DNA of 64,000 nucleotides, taken from a virus. A program made the position numbers and the translations under genes. The DNA lies in the IMG/VR virus record IMGVR_UViG_3300025141_014981, positions 12,290-76,289 of that record. One strand, given 5' to 3'. This document shows, piece after piece, positions 63,242 through 64,000 of the stretch. The notes beneath the pieces are model-generated. The model was not told the origin of the DNA and made no database searches. It saw only the letters and a list, made by a program, of their open reading frames with translations. How positions within the stretch are numbered: position 1 is the first letter of the stretch; the number at the start of each line of letters is the position of its first letter.

Positions 63242-64000
63242 CCGGCGCTTCGGCCACCGCCGACTCCTCGCGGATCCGGGCCAGCAGTTCCGGTGTCAGT
63301 TCGGGCGGCGCAGGCAGGTCACGTGCGATCCTGAGCTTCAAGATTCCTCCTCGATGCGGGCCAGGGCGGCGCGCTGCACACAGACACGACAAGAGGGGTT
63401 GTGGTCTGTGCACAGGTGGGATTCGCCCAGGCAAAGCTGCAGCGCCGCCTTCGCCTCCCGCAACGCCTCGGCCGCCACGTACAGCCGCCCAGTCACCTCG
63501 TCGGTCAGATCCCGCCCGAGCTGCACGTCACGGCACAGGTCGAGGCGTTCGGCCTCCAGGCGGGTGACCTCGGCTTCCGACTGGGCGGCGTAGGCGGCGA
63601 GAAACTCCCACGTTCGGACGCTGACATGTAGCCCTTCGGCGACGCACCACGCCGCGGCACGATCCACCGCCTCCGGGGTCGGGGCGGTCGCCTGCACGCA
63701 GTCCTCCACAGGGTGGTGGTCGCAGGCGCAACGACCGCAACGCAGGCCGTCGCCGCTCATCGGCCGCCATCCCGGACCCGCCAGCCTCGCCCGTCACAGT
63801 CGGAGCAGGAGCCGCACACCCCTGGATGTCCGAACGCGACGAAGCACCTCATGCACCCTCGGCCTGTGCAGGCGACGCACACTTCGACCACCGACGCCGC
63901 CACACGCCGCCCTCGCTCCGCCTGGATGTCCCGCTCCCGCAGCTTGCGGGCGGCGGTCTGCATCTTGGCCTGCACGGCCTTGGGGGGCAGGTGGTCGAAG
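63242..64000. other. GC-rich foreign segment with small coupled phage-like ORFs
   Basis: Abrupt composition switch; ORFs 63338..63760 and 63757..63975 (-) overlap at ATGA. Confidence 0.8.

Overview
AT-rich, gene-dense, mostly minus-strand segment of a large tailed bacteriophage (jumbo/huge-phage-like) using the standard genetic code. Left part: glycosyltransferase, a 1754-aa repeat-rich tail-fibre-like protein ending in a Hint domain plus a degenerate S74 chaperone, nucleotide and protein-quality genes (folA, thyX, groEL, purA, archaeal-type GAPDH-like, def), and nucleotidyltransferases/RNA ligases (Rnl1-like, CCA-adding enzyme). Right part: small early-type genes punctuated by a repeated TGAAAC-N17-TATAAT promoter, a sigma70 lacking region 4.2, a Thg1-like protein, adk, DNA ligase, TrmH, 11 tRNAs plus remnants, and Ro60 (TROVE). 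The strongest signal is directly upstream of Ro60: a tandem array of four Y-RNA-like genes sharing one Ro-binding stem but carrying different tRNA-mimicking inserts, set within an unusually complete tRNA repair toolkit. The last ~760 bp are abruptly GC-rich and interrupt a nicotinamidase-like gene (probable chimeric join). All calls were made by eye from motifs; no database searches were run.
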